DNA of 39,904 bases from Octopus bimaculoides (Eukaryota). The stretch covers positions 69,905,508 through 69,945,411 of the forward strand of contig NC_068991.1 of NCBI RefSeq assembly GCF_001194135.2, read 5' to 3'. A model generated the notes under the pieces. That model searched no databases and was not told where the DNA came from. It saw nothing but the letters and a program-made list of their open reading frames with translations. Every line of letters starts with the position of its first letter. Positions within the stretch are counted from its first letter, which is position 1. Of this stretch, positions 1-13,539 are shown one piece after another. Made by a program: the position numbers and the translations under genes.

Positions 1-1020
1 TGTGATTGTACGTGTTTTGCTATTGTTGTCGTTATTCTTGTATATGTTCTTTTCTTATTGTCTTTTATTTTATTTCAGTTATTCTTGTCTTCTTTTTTTG
101 TTTTTGTTTTTTCAAGAGATTAAACAGTAAAGGAACAAAAAAGATTATATTTTGACTTTACTGTAATGGGATTATGAATCCACAAACTTGATATTACACA
201 CTTTTTGTGACCATTTCTTGTTTTTTATTAATATTTATTATGTGTTTTTTGTCTGTTATTTTATTACTGCTTTTGTTTAAATTTTTGGTAGTTTTTCTAC
301 ATTCTAGATTTTCTTCGTCTTACAAGTTCGTAATTTCTAGATATATTTTTTTTATCGTTCTCTCAAGTTTTTTCCTTCTTAATCCGAACTTATCCTTTAT
401 ATCCAAAGCATATATTTAGGGGGTGTTTTTTTTCTATGTGTGTGTTTTTAGTTTTTTTTTTTCCGAACTAAAAATTTTCGTTCTTAAAAAAATAGGTAAC
501 CGGATTTTAGTTCGATTCAGTGCGCAATGAACAAAAGGATATAACATCTTGGATTTTTTTAATATCAGAGAAACTTACACAATTCGAAAATAAAATAAAA
601 AAGTAAATGAATAAAATAATGAAGGTAAAAACAAACAAAATGCCAGGAAAAATAATAAAGAATAATCACAATTTATTATGCTTACACGCATATATATGTG
701 TGTATATGAACACACATATGTTTATATATGTGTATATACTTATAGATATATACATACATGCCTGTATATATATATATATATGTGTGTATATATAGGTATG
801 TATATCTATAAATATGTATGTATGTATATATATATGTATATTTCAATGTATATAAAGATAATTATCTATATATGCATAGCTATCAAATTGCATTGTTATA
901 TACAGTTATACACAGAACCATGTAGCCACTAACATATTCCCAAACGCGTACACGCTGCATACAATCACATATGACTTGTGTGTGTGTATATATGTATGTG
1001 TGTGTGTATGTGTGTGTGTT

Positions 1021-1055
<35 letters not shown>

Positions 1056-1344
1056 ATATATATATACATAAAGAGAGGTAGAGAGAGTGAATGGGGAGAA
1101 GGATACACAGAGGGTGAGAGATGAAAAGGTAGAATAGACTCACACACACAAACACACATCCACACGCACCCACACACAAATATATCCACATGGTCGTATA
1201 TGATATATTAATATATACTAATAATCAATGGGAGGATGTCTTCCATGAAAAAGTTTACGAATTCTGCAAACGTAAATATGACACTCCACCCCGCATCTAA
1301 AATGCTTATACGCCCCTCGTTGGTTCACCATTATATCCAAACAT

Positions 1345-1346
<2 letters not shown>

Positions 1347-1415
<69 letters not shown>

Positions 1416-1420
1416 AACAC
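1347..1420. repeat. Compound (CT)n-(CA)n microsatellite
   Basis: Direct reading: about 54 nt of (TC)n followed by (AC)n. Confidence 0.95.
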
Positions 1421-1748
1421 ACGCACATGCACACCCGCACTCATATTTATTTACATAAACATTCTTAGTATATCTATGTGTATATATACACCAATACCAA
1501 CACCAACACCACGACTGAAATTCAAACAACGAAACTTAATAGATTCTAGTGTGTCACAGACGTTCAAAATCCTATATGACTAATTGCAAGTGTTGCATGA
1601 GGAAGAATTTTGTTTTCACACACTGAGCAATCTCAGAAAATTGATAAAGTGAATGGGGATAGAGGCGAAATACAAAGCATCGTTCTTTGGATGATAAATA
1701 TACGAAGTGAAACCTAAGAATATATGAACCTTTATATACGTACATGCA

Positions 1749-1752
<4 letters not shown>

Positions 1753-1796
<44 letters not shown>

Positions 1797-1984
1797 AATA
1801 TCTTTGAGTGCTTGCATACAAATGTATGCGTGTGTAAGTGTCTATGTACATTTATATATACATACATAAATCTAGGTATAATTATCCATAAATTATGCAT
1901 AAATGAACGAGTTCGTATATACATGTACATATGTATATTTTCGTGTAAATAAATATTTAATATTGTTATTTGCATTTATGTTTA

Positions 1985-2031
<47 letters not shown>

Positions 2032-2042
2032 GAGTGTGTGTG
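1753..2042. repeat. Two (GT)n microsatellites (about 1753-1792 and 1988-2042)
   Basis: Direct reading; these generate the CVCV/THTH ORFs. Confidence 0.95.
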
Positions 2043-2254
2043 CATGAGAGAGACAGAGACACGGAGAGACAGACAGAGTATAGGAATGCATTCAATATAC
2101 ATTCCTTAATGTCTCGGGATTATGAGATACAAGAATCTATGCTTCGAGCAATTATTTGCCTGTAAGTTATTATTGAAAATTTAATATCATGATATATTAA
2201 ATAGAACTATAAACGAAGTTAAATTTGAAATGATATCTATTATATATATATATA

Positions 2255-2395
2255 CAGGGTGCCCACAAAGTCTGAGTACATATTTTTTTATTTAATTTAA
2301 ACATAAGTAAAAAAGGAAAATTATTATTTCTTATATTTAATTGTTTAGGTTAGGATTTTATTTACTCCATGTACGCAGACTTTGTGGACACCCTG
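2255..2395. mobile_element. 141-bp MITE, Tc1/mariner type
   Basis: Left TIR CAGGGTGCCCACAAAGTCTGAGTACAT (2255-2281) matches the reverse complement of 2369-2395 (CAGGGTGTCCACAAAGTCTGCGTACAT) at 25/27 positions. TA lies on both flanks (2253-54, 2396-97) and the interior is AT-rich and non-coding. Confidence 0.9.
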
Positions 2396-5300
2396 TATAT
2401 ATATTTATATAATATGCATCCTCTCTTCGGGCTAAATAGCAGTAATATTTGTCCTAATCAGGACTGCTGTATTCTGTTTGCAAATAATCTTTGCTAAATG
2501 TATATATATTTATATATACATCTATTGCTTTTGATGGCTTCAGTGGATGGATAGATTGCGGGGTCACGGGTGCACCGGCTTATTTTTACATTGTTTAATT
2601 ATTTATTTCTTCTCTAAATATGATATCTACATATACATACATACGCACACAAAGACTCTCTCTCTCTCTCTAACACACAAATACAACTCCATATACACGT
2701 ATATGGATACGCGTGTATATGAGTGCGTGTACTGTATGTATCTGTATCTATGTAGAATTATAGAAAATTTAGAAAATAAATCATACAAGAGCACTTCTAT
2801 ATATATATATATATCAAGAAGGATATCAAGAAGTGATGCAGTACGACCGTTTCATGCGGCTCCATCTAATTGAACGATGCAATCATTACATCAATTTAAA
2901 TACACGGCTATCAACAGCTGCACAAATAAATAAATAGAATTTTAATCAGTCGGACACATTAATATGGTTATACTTAAATACTTTAACAAAGAACGAAGAT
3001 GGAAGAAATCCATGTTGTCGCTACTGTAGCTAAGAATACACTACACTTCCAAGAAATGCATGAAGCTTACTGGAGTCATAGCTTGTAAAGGACTGTGGTT
3101 CATTTTTAATTTATTAGTTGTTTATCAACTACTAAATCTATGACTAGTGGACTGTGTCTCTTTAGAATGAAGGACAAGAATGAGTTGACAGCTCATGGCT
3201 AGGTATGATCATAAATTTTGTCAAGACTTTAGGAGTAGTAAATTGGGTATATAGTATCTGTCTATTAAGAAGCCTGGGTAGGGGAAGACACCAAATCATG
3301 ATTTAATTATCAGTTAAAGGGGCAAGACGCTATATATATATATATATATATATNNNNNNNNNNNNNNNNNNNNNNNNNNNNNNNNNNNNNNNNNNNNNNN
3401 NNNNNNNNNNNNNNNNNNNNNNNNNNNNNNNNNNNNNNNNNNNNNNNNNNNNNNNNNNNNNNNNNNNNNNATATACATATATATATATATATATATGAAT
3501 ACGTGGGTGTATATAGTTTTTTACTACTATTCTCAATGTTATTAAATTGATAAAAACGGAAACATAATTTTTCAAGTGTCAGTATTATACCACGTCTATT
3601 GAATAGGAACTAATCAAAACTAAATTAATTTCTTAATTATTTTGTGTTGAACGAAGATGCAATCCCAACAGGTTTTACGCTGTAAAATATTTATTCCCCA
3701 ACGAATAACGTCATACACTTAATATATGGTTAATGATTTTCCCTAGGGTTTTTGAATCTTATTCGCTTGAAGTAAAAGTAGAAGTGTGGGTTTTTGAATG
3801 CAAAAACAAGTATCAAACGTAGCTTCAGAGACACACACATATACACGCATGGACACGTACACAGGCGCACACACAAATGCACAAACACATACACACAGAG
3901 AATCATATACTCACACACATACAAGAGTGTGGGTGCGTGTGTTTTTAAAAAGGGTTTTATCTAAAATAATTTCCTCTATCTGACAAATCTATAATAAAGA
4001 ATTGCTTACATGTATATACAACATAAATCGTTGTAATTGCTATTAGCAAATGAAAGACGTGTAATGGAGAATAAATATTACCCTAGAATTTCCATATTCC
4101 TGTTTTATGTTTATGTGTGTGTGTTTGTGTGTGTGTGTGTTTGTGTATGTGTGTGTGTCTGTGTCTGTGTTTGAGTGTGTGTGTGTGTGTGTATAAATAG
4201 TACGAGAAAACACTTATCTCATGAATAACAAGGGAGACAAGCTCCTTACAGGTTCCGGCGCATAGCCAGATCACCACTGATTTCGCATATACTTAATGCT
4301 TACCAGTGGTTCTTACCCGGTACGTAGGGTTAAGCTGACTCGTTTGAGCTGGCTATGCTCCGGAAGCTGTAGAGAACTTGTCTCCACAAGAGAAGTGCTT
4401 CATCGTGGCTAAGAGCTGCTTTGACTCTTGTTTCTAGCAATACTGGTGCAAACTAGAAAACCTCAATCAATTTAATGACGCGTATTTGTGTGTTTAGATA
4501 TATATATGGAACCAATAACAGATTTATTGATATTTTAAAGTATGTTATATGAATATTTGTCGGAAACAGTATCAGCTGTGGCGTTGTTTCAAAAGGCTTT
4601 GGCTTTTTATAGAATGTGGCTTAAATGGCGATCAGTTAATGTACAGCTTGACTGGTTGACGATGGTTAATGTCATGAGGTGTAGGATTCTGGATTTCTTA
4701 CGACCCCCAAAATATAAATATTTGTTATGTTTATATANNNNNNNNNNNNNNNNNNNNNNNNNNNNNNNNNNNNNNNNNNNNNNNNNNNNNNNNNNNNNNN
4801 NNNNNNNNNNNNNNNNNNNNNNNNNNNNNNNNNNNNNNNNNNNNNNNNNNNNNNNNNNNNNNNNNNNNNNNNNNNNNNNNNNNNNNNNNNNNNNNNNNNN
4901 NNNNNNNNNNNNNNNNNNNNNNNNNNNNNNNNNNNNNNNNNNNNNNNNNNNNNNNNNNNNNNNNNNNNNNNNNNNNNNNNNNNNNNNNNNNNNNNNNNNN
5001 NNNNNNNNNNNNNNNNNNNNNNNNNNNNNNNNNNNNNNNNNNNNNNNNNNNNNNNNNNNNNNNNNNNNNNNNNNNNNNNNNNNNNNNNNNNNNNNNNNNN
5101 NNNNNNNNNNNNNNNNNNNNNNNNNNNNNNNNNNNNNNNNNNNNNNNNNNNNNNNNNNNNNNNNNNNNNNNNNNNNNNNNNNNNNNNNNNNNNNNNNNNN
5201 NNNNNNNNNNNNNNNNNNNNNNNNNNNNNNNNNNNNNNNNNNNNNNNNNNNNNNNNNNNNNNNNNNNNNNNNNNNNNNNNNNNNNNNNNNNNNNNNNNNN

Positions 5301-5559
5301 NNNNNNNNNNNNNNNNNNNNNNNNNNNNNNNNNNNNNNNNNNNNNNNNNNNNNNNNNNNNNNNNNNNNNNNNNNNNNNNNNNNNNNNNNNNNNNNNNNNN
5401 NNNNNNNNNNNNNNNNNNNNNNNNNNNNNNNNNNNNNNNNNNNNNNNNNNNNNNNNNNNNNNNNNNNNNNNNNNNNNNNNNNNNNNNNNNNNNNNNNNNN
5501 NNNNNNNNNNNNNNNNNNNNNNNNNNNNNNNNNNNNNNNNNNNNNNNNNNNNNNNNNNN

Positions 5560-5599
<40 letters not shown>

Positions 5600-5741
5600 A
5601 TAAAACAGGAATATGGAAATTTTGAGGTGTTATGTATTCTCCATTACACGTCTTTCATTTGCTAATAAGACTTACAACGATTTACATGTATATACATGTA
5701 AGCAATTTCCTATTAGAGATTTACAGACAGACGAAATTATG

Positions 5742-6185
5742 TTATATAATACCCTTTAAAACTCTTGTATGCTCTGGTCCCCTTACATGGAACGAAATAT
5801 AAAACTTGAAACACCCTAGAGATCGATGACAAGGAAAATAGACTACACGACATGTCTTGATTATTGGGATCGATTCGAGAAATTCAAACTGTATTCCTTC
5901 CAACGACGATCGTTGCAACAAAATGTGATTTAGAACCATCATGAATATAAATGATTTTGTCACATTGGTGCGTAACAATTGTGTGAGAGTGTCAGTCAAA
6001 TCGTTCCTCCAGTCATAGTAAGAAAATAACTATGAAATCTGAAAGTCTATCCCGAGTGTAGGACTTTTTCAACATGTTGGTTGAATCTAGTAGCTGTGTA
6101 AGTATTTATTACCTTATTTAGTCAAGAGCTGATGACGTTTTGTTTTATATATACTGTTCTAGTGAATGATTCAGTCTTCCTTATG
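5742..6185 (+). mobile_element. Degenerate CR1/L2-group LINE ORF2 C-terminal fragment
   Basis: The frame from 5760 reads NSCMLWSPYMERNIKLETP*RSMTRKIDYTTCLDYWDRFEKFKLYSFQRR. This matches the post-RT motif string LWSP..E..QR..TR.I....L.YWERL..L.LYSL.RRR typical of this LINE group. In-frame stops are present, and the downstream match (FFNML...) is weaker, so the 3' boundary is approximate. Confidence 0.7.
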
Positions 6186-6471
6186 TAAATCTGGTCAATA
6201 AAGACAAAGAAGCGATGTTACTTTTAAACTTTTGGGAGTGCGTATCTCTTACGAAAATTGCCGAAAAATCTCAAGTGAATAAAAAATAATTATTTACTTC
6301 CTAAAGTTTCAAAACATCTTAAGATGATGTATATGCAGAACAAATATAAGTAAAGAAGGAGAGGGTGGCAGATGAAGAAAGGAAGAAATAAGAAAATGAG
6401 CTGGGTGTGTGGGAATGAGTGTCCGTGTGTGTATGTGTGCACATGAGCATGTGTTCCATTACAGAAATCAA

Positions 6472-6507
<36 letters not shown>

Positions 6508-6710
6508 CACACACAAACACAAACACATACACACAATAAAAGCTAAAGGGAACCGAAATGAAGGTAATTTAAATTTGGAGGGATCTTTATACAGCGTTGA
6601 ATATCGTTCATGATATATGACAAATCGTATATTATGGATGTCTTTATAGCCTGTTCAATTGTGGTTTATACATTTTAATAAACGAATTTTCTTTATTCGT
6701 GTTTCGTCTT

Positions 6711-6943
6711 ATTTCTTTATTACCCACAAGGGGCTAAACATAGAGGGGACAAACAAGGACAGACATACGGATTAAGTCGATTACATTGACCCCAGTGGGT
6801 AACTGGTACTTAATTTATCGACCCCGAAAAGATGAAAGGCAAAGTCGACCTCGGTCGAATTTGAACTCAGAACGTAACGGCAGACGAAATACCGCTAAGC
6901 ATTTCGCCCGGCGTGCTAACGTTTCTGCCAGCTCACCACCTTT
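6711..6943 (-). mobile_element. tRNA-headed SINE, family A (tail type 1), near full length
   Basis: The minus strand begins GGTGGTGAGCTGGCAGAAACGTTAGC (A-box-like) and has GAGTTCAAATTC (B-box-like). The body is GTCGACTTTGCCTTTCATC..GGGGTCGATAAATTAAGTACCAG and the tail ends GTGGGTAATAAAGAAAT. It is homologous to the copies at 13540, 35487 and 36668. Confidence 0.92.
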
Positions 6944-7150
6944 ATCGTCTACGGTATTGCCGGCGATGTGATAAAGTAGGCAGACAAGGAATTTGGAAGA
7001 TTTTTTCTAACACATGTGACCAAATGTTTGCTGAGTGTGAACTGTTAAGTCCTGAGATCCCTTATTCATGTCAATGAATCATTAGCCACATTGTTAGGGT
7101 CGGTTTGGTGTGTCCAGTGTAATCTTCACTGCATCTATTGCATTTATATA

Positions 7151-7380
7151 TTTTATCTTTTACCTTCTATCCGTTTCAGCCATTAGACTGTTGCCATACC
7201 AGGGCACTGCGTTGAATAATTTTTAGCCGAATGAATCCACCCCAGTACTATTGTTTTTAAGACTGGTACTTGTTCCATCAGTGTCTTTCGCCGAACCACT
7301 ACATTGTGGGAACGGAAACATTCCAAAGCCGATGGTGGTGGATAATCAGACACAAAGACACTCATACATACACGCACACG
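7151..7380 (-). mobile_element. SINE family B, 3' half, degenerate
   Basis: Aligns to the 3' half of 37270-37703 (GTTTCAGCCATTAGACTG.., TTTCGCCGAACCACTAC.., CCGATGGTGGTG). Confidence 0.75.
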
Positions 7381-7813
7381 CAAATATATATATTTGTGTA
7401 TGTGTGTGCGTGTGTGCGCGCGTGTGTATGTACAGAAGATATAAGGAGTTTAGGACAAGGTGACTCAAACTAATACGTATACGTCCTGAATGCTTCGATA
7501 GGGAAATCCACCAAAATTCCAGTTAGAACAGCCGCTGTGGCTGCGGTTGTGTGAATGAATTGTGTGAAAAACAAACTGACAGTTGGTAGCTTACATCTAT
7601 GAAGGATTTAATTAACATCAGTCTGGGTTTGATGAAAGCAACAATGTGGTCAAATTTTGTTCGCCTATTGAAAATATTTCCTATTTTACAAAACCAAAAA
7701 TGAATATGAAACAAAAAAAGAAAATTGCAATTGACTAACAAAATAGATTTCAAGCAAAGATATGATTCAATCATAAGCACAGCGCGGTTTATATTTGAAG
7801 GGGTGGTTGATAG

Positions 7814-7844
<31 letters not shown>

Positions 7845-8185
7845 TGTATGTATATCTCTCTATATATATATATATATGTATATATATGTATGTATNNNNN
7901 NNNNNNNNNNNNNNNNNNNNNNNNNNNNNNNNNNNNNNNNNNNNNNNNNNNNNNNNNNNNNNNNNNNNNNNNNNNNNNNNNNNNNNNNNNNNNNNNNNNN
8001 NNNNNNNNNNNNNNNNNNNNNNNNNNNNNNNNNNNNNNNNNNNNNNNNNNNNNNNNNNNNNNNNNNNNNNNNNNNNNNNNNNNNNNNNNNNNNNNNNNNN
8101 NNNNNNNNNNNNNNNNNNNNNNNNNNNNNNNNNNNNNNNNNNNNNNNNNNNNNNNNNNNNNNNNNNNNNNNNNNNNNNNNNNNNN

Positions 8186-8231
<46 letters not shown>

Positions 8232-9142
8232 GGACTCTTCTGTCCGGCATTCGCCATGATAGATCGCTGACCACTACACACATTTTTCTCTCTCTGTTTC
8301 TCTCCTTGTTTCTTTCCGTGTTCATATCTGTAGAAGAGGTGTTGTTTTTTTGTGAATTCTCCCTGTATATAAATATATATATATATATTACTTTAATGCT
8401 CCTTTTTATTTAGATAGCAAGAATTATATTTTCAGTCACCACACAACGACGGAACATTCAATTTTTCTGTTTTACCAATTTCAATTTACATACATCCTAA
8501 ATACTCTATTTAAAGGAAACAATCGCCATGACAACATACAATTATACATTTCTCTAAAAAAAATTGTAACGATTGTCAGTTGATACAATCAACCTATATT
8601 TATGATTTAAGAAAATGAATATCATGAAACAAATTACTATTTTCTTATCACAATGTATGATAATGTTACACATTAAAAAAATAACAAAAGACAACAAAAA
8701 GCAACAAAACACGACATACTGATTGTTTACAATTGACACACAAGTTAAAATGTAAATAAATAAAAAATCTATTGTTTCAGTCGTTTGCTAGGACTCAATT
8801 CGTCCAGACATGAATATACGGTTTCATTATTTCACAATTATATTTTTGTATATGTGATATGATATATTCTCTGGTGTGTAAAGCGTACATTGAGACATAC
8901 ACACCTAAATATAGACATAAGAGCGTACATAAACGTATATTGTTTTCATTTATTTGTTAGTTTGTTTTTTTGCAGGTTCTTTTTATTGCCTGTACTTTTA
9001 CTATTCGTTGTCTTTTCTCTGAAATTGCATGGCTTAAGTTCCACATAGATACGTCTGTTGTTTATCTAACTTTGCATGGATCCTTCCTTTTCTAATTTTT
9101 AGTGTATCTATTTCTCTCCTCTCCCTCTCTCTCCCACTCTTC

Positions 9143-9218
<76 letters not shown>

Positions 9219-10782
9219 GATCTAATATATACAATATTTGTATATAATATATATGTATTCATACGGATATACATATGTATATATGTATATATATATNNNN
9301 NNNNNNNNNNNNNNNNNNNNNNNNNNNNNNNNNNNNNNNNNNNNNNNNNNNNNNNNNNNNNNNNNNNNNNNNNNNNNNNNNNNNNNNNNNNNNNNNNNNN
9401 NNNNNNNNNNNNNNNNNNNNNNNNNNNNNNNNNNNNNNNNNNNNNNNNNNNNNNNNNNNNNNNNNNNNNNNNNNNNNNNNNNNNNNNNNNNNNNNNNNNN
9501 NNNNNNNNNNNNNNNNNNNNNNNNNNNNNNNNNNNNNNNNNNNNNNNNNNNNNNNNNNNNNNNNNNNNNNNNNNNNNNNNNNNNATGTATATGATCAACT
9601 ATTCTGATATGGAAATGTCATCATGCGCATGCCAAGAACCAAACAAGAAACATCAATGTTTTTTTAAAGAAATATTTTCCATTTATTTCATGCATTTTTT
9701 TTTTTGCAATGAAAATATTCTTTCATTCCCTTCTCTTTCACTTTCATCCATAGTCTGATTTATTGATTTCCTTATGTACACACACCACAAACATACATAC
9801 ATACATACATACATACATACATACACACATACATACATGTATATATATATATATGCATGTATGTGTGTATGTAAGTATGTATATATGCATGTATGTATTT
9901 TTAATTATACATTAATTTGTGTCTTTTACTCTGCTACATGTTTGTTTCCTGATGCACATATGCACATTTTTATGCTTTGTGTTTTTCTATAGGTGCGTCG
10001 GTGTAACACACACACACACACACACACACAACCGCATATGCATATGTAAACATACATACATGCATACATACATGTATAGCATATATGTATTTTTGTACGT
10101 ATGTATCTATGTATCTATGTATGTACGTATGAATACGGTTGCATCAACACCGAAAATATGTTATTTTGTAAAGATTTACGGCAGACGAGAATCACGTCGT
10201 ACCACTTACTTAACGATCTGCAATAACTTAGAATAGACGAGAATTCTGAAGAGTCCTAGTTCAATAGTGTCGTTTACCCATTTCTGAAAGACTTGAGGAA
10301 AGATAAAAAAGAATCGAACTCAGGAATTGATTAGCATTTTAGATGTCGACTTCGGTAGATTGGAAGACAATGTTTCTTTCTGTAGAATTTTATAACATAC
10401 GTAGATCTTGAAGTGTTACTGCAAAGCCAGCGCACTAACGCTCTCACCAATGACTCCAAAATATATGAACGTGCGTATGTGGAAATGCATATGTATATAT
10501 ATATGTGTGTGCGTGCGTGTGTGAATGTTTGTGTATGCATGTAAGTATATATATATATACATATGATTGAAACAAGAGAGACAGAGGCAGGCAGAAACAA
10601 GGAATTTGCCCTTTGTTTTTGAATACTATGCAAATATTCCTTTAAAACAACTTTCCATTTAATTTTTCCAAAATTTAATTGTTTTCCATACTTACAGTTA
10701 AAAAAGTCTCAATGACTGAAACCGGTACTGAAATGTCTTTTATGATAAAATTATTTTAGCATTTTCTACCTCGACATTTTTC

Positions 10783-10829
<47 letters not shown>

Positions 10830-10836
10830 ATGTATA

Positions 10837-10881
<45 letters not shown>

Positions 10882-12433
10882 GTATATAGATAATATATCT
10901 ATATNNNNNNNNNNNNNNNNNNNNNNNNNNNNNNNNNNNNNNNNNNNNNNNNNNNNNNNNNNNNNNNNNNNNNNNNNNNNNNNNNNNNNNNNNNNNNNNN
11001 NNNNNNNNNNNNNNNATATATATATATATATATATATACACACTCAAATACATATACATATATGTGCGTGCGTGTGTGTGTATGGATGTGTGAATGCGTG
11101 TGCTTGTGTGTGTGTGTGTGAGGGTTTAAGTTTGTGAGTGCCGGTCTGTGTGCGCGCTAGTGTCTCCATATTTTCTATATATTATGTTATTTTTCCACAT
11201 TCAGCATCAAAACCTCGTAACTAGACATTCATAAAGTTAAACACGCAAATATATACAAACACACGTGCACTTTCTTTCCGTCAAACATATTCATCTACTT
11301 TCAGTTTCACTTACAGATGTTCTCAAACATATTTGTACACGTTGTTATGCGTTTTCCCAAACCGTATTCTATGGGGCTTCTGAAATCACTCTCACATCAC
11401 TGTATAACATTGTTCCCCCAGCATATTTCTCAATATCCACATTCTTTCTATCTATATTTTTCTCTTTCTCTACTGCCTCCTTTTTCCCTATCTCTCCTTC
11501 TCTGTCTGTCTCTCTCTCTTTCTCTATCTCTCGTTTTCTCTTTCCCACTTTCTCTCACTATCAATCTCCCTTCTCATCTCTGTTTAGGCGCTATACTTCA
11601 ATGTATATTGTTCCTTCAATGCAGATACAAATTCATTTTTTTTCTTTTGTTGGACATTTGAGTTTCTGTTTAAACGTAAAGAATTGAAGGTCTGCTTTTC
11701 TATTTTTCCCTAGACACATAGAATCCATGGAAATAACTCTTTGCTGTAAGTGGATATAAATATGAGAATAATACTATATCTATTGGCTTCAAAATGTCAA
11801 GCAAACTATAACATGAAAATTAACATCTATAATACAAACGTGCTCACACGCACTGCTACACACGCACCTAACAAACAAGAGGAAATATAAGTATAGGCAC
11901 CCACACGCAGCTAGAAACACAGTGTATATATACACACATACATATATGTATATGTGTGTATACATATACGTACATATGTACATAAAAGCATATATACATA
12001 TATGTATATATATGTGTATATATATATATGTATATATATGTGTATATATATATATATATATANNNNNNNNNNNNNNNNNNNNNNNNNNNNNNNNNNNNNN
12101 NNNNNNNNNNNNNNNNNNNNNNNNNNNNNNNNNNNNNNNNNNNNNNNNNNNNNNNNNNNNNNNNNNNNNNNNNNNNNNNNNNNNNNNNNNNNNNNNNNNN
12201 NNNNNNNNNNNNNNNNNNNNNNNNNNNNNNNNNNNNNNNNNNNNNNNNNNNNNNNNNNNNNNNNNNNNNNNNNNNNNNNNNNNNNNNNNNNNNNNNNNNN
12301 NNNNNNNNNNNNNNNNNNNNNNNNNNNNNNNNNNNNNNNNNNNNNNNNNNNNNNNNNNNNNNNNNNNNNNNNNNNNNNNNNNNNNNNNNNNNNNNNNNNN
12401 NNNNNNNNNNNNNNNNNNNNNNNNNNNNNNNNN

Positions 12434-12475
<42 letters not shown>

Positions 12476-13337
12476 ATACACACACATACGTATACCTGTA
12501 TCATTTAGGAGTATTAAAGTAGAATAGAAAACGTATGAATACCTATGAATGCCTTTAACTAATATTGTAGGATGTTTTCGTAACCTCATCCTCGCCATCA
12601 TCATCTTCATCTTCTTCGTTGTCTTTATTGTCATCCCGTCTTCGTTACCATCGCTATTGTTATCATCATCCACTTCCTCTTCATCATCATATTAGTCTGA
12701 ATAATATAATGATTTTTTTTCAGCCTACTGATCCCATGCTGGGGGTGGGAACACTCTTCAGTGGAGCCTTTCTCTCTATTCTCACCAGTGTATCAACAAG
12801 TTTATCGGTGGTCAGTCTCTCCTGCTTTTTTTTTTTTCACCATTCTCTCTAAACGAAAGGTCAATGAGGGCTTTGGCATAGAAGAAACGAAATATTCCTC
12901 TCCCTCAGTGGTATCCACAATAGAATATCTTTCACTTTATAACTAGCGAAAAATTTGAATGGCATTTCGATTGAAGGAACGTGTTGATTTTCACAACAGA
13001 CGCAACCGTTAGCCGGATCATTTGCACATGTGACAAAAGCTATACATCAAAATTTTACTCAGTTGCAATGCTCCATACTGAACAAGTACGTATGGAAAAA
13101 ATTCGTCAAATAGGTGCATCTATGGAAGGCCTGGCGGGTGCAAATTTGTACCTATAGAGTTATTTTCCTAAGTTTAAGTTTCCTTTGAAAGCTCTACGAT
13201 GAAAAGGATTTTGAGGTGAGGGAGTGCAAAATTACTACGTAGAAGATATTTCCTATTCATTCACTTCGTTCCTTAAAACGGCACCATTAAAAAATCAAAT
13301 GATTATTTCTGATGGCAAGCTTCTCAGCAACCATTTC

Positions 13338-13448
<111 letters not shown>

Positions 13449-13539
13449 CCCTGTAAGTTTGAACGAGAATGAGGTTCCTGTAATTAAAGGGACGAAATTC
13501 AGGCCTTGCCTGTTCACCATAGAATAATAAAAATAAAAA

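Noticed and set aside
462-517. 10-bp inverted repeat CGAACTAAAA / TTTTAGTTCG
   Set aside because: Short and AT-rich with no TSD, so it is expected by chance.
3252-3318. U2 snRNA-like words (TAGTATCTGT, TTATCAGTTAA)
   Set aside because: The two words are not contiguous as in U2 and the rest of the snRNA is absent.
4273-4320. CAGTGGTTCTT hAT-like terminus and 7-bp inverted ACCACTG/CAGTGGT
   Set aside because: No matching second TIR or 8-bp TSD was found downstream.
7523-7815. About 97 open codons on the minus strand outside the microsatellite
   Set aside because: No recognisable motif or splice context; compatible with chance.
10340-10460. Possible very old SINE-A head (GTCGACTTCGG...CCAGCGCACTAACG)
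   Set aside because: Only two short motifs match and their spacing is about 20 nt off.
12950-13170. Stretch resembling DNA-transposon or MITE internal sequence
   Set aside because: No TIRs, TSD or second copy could be located, so it is an impression only.
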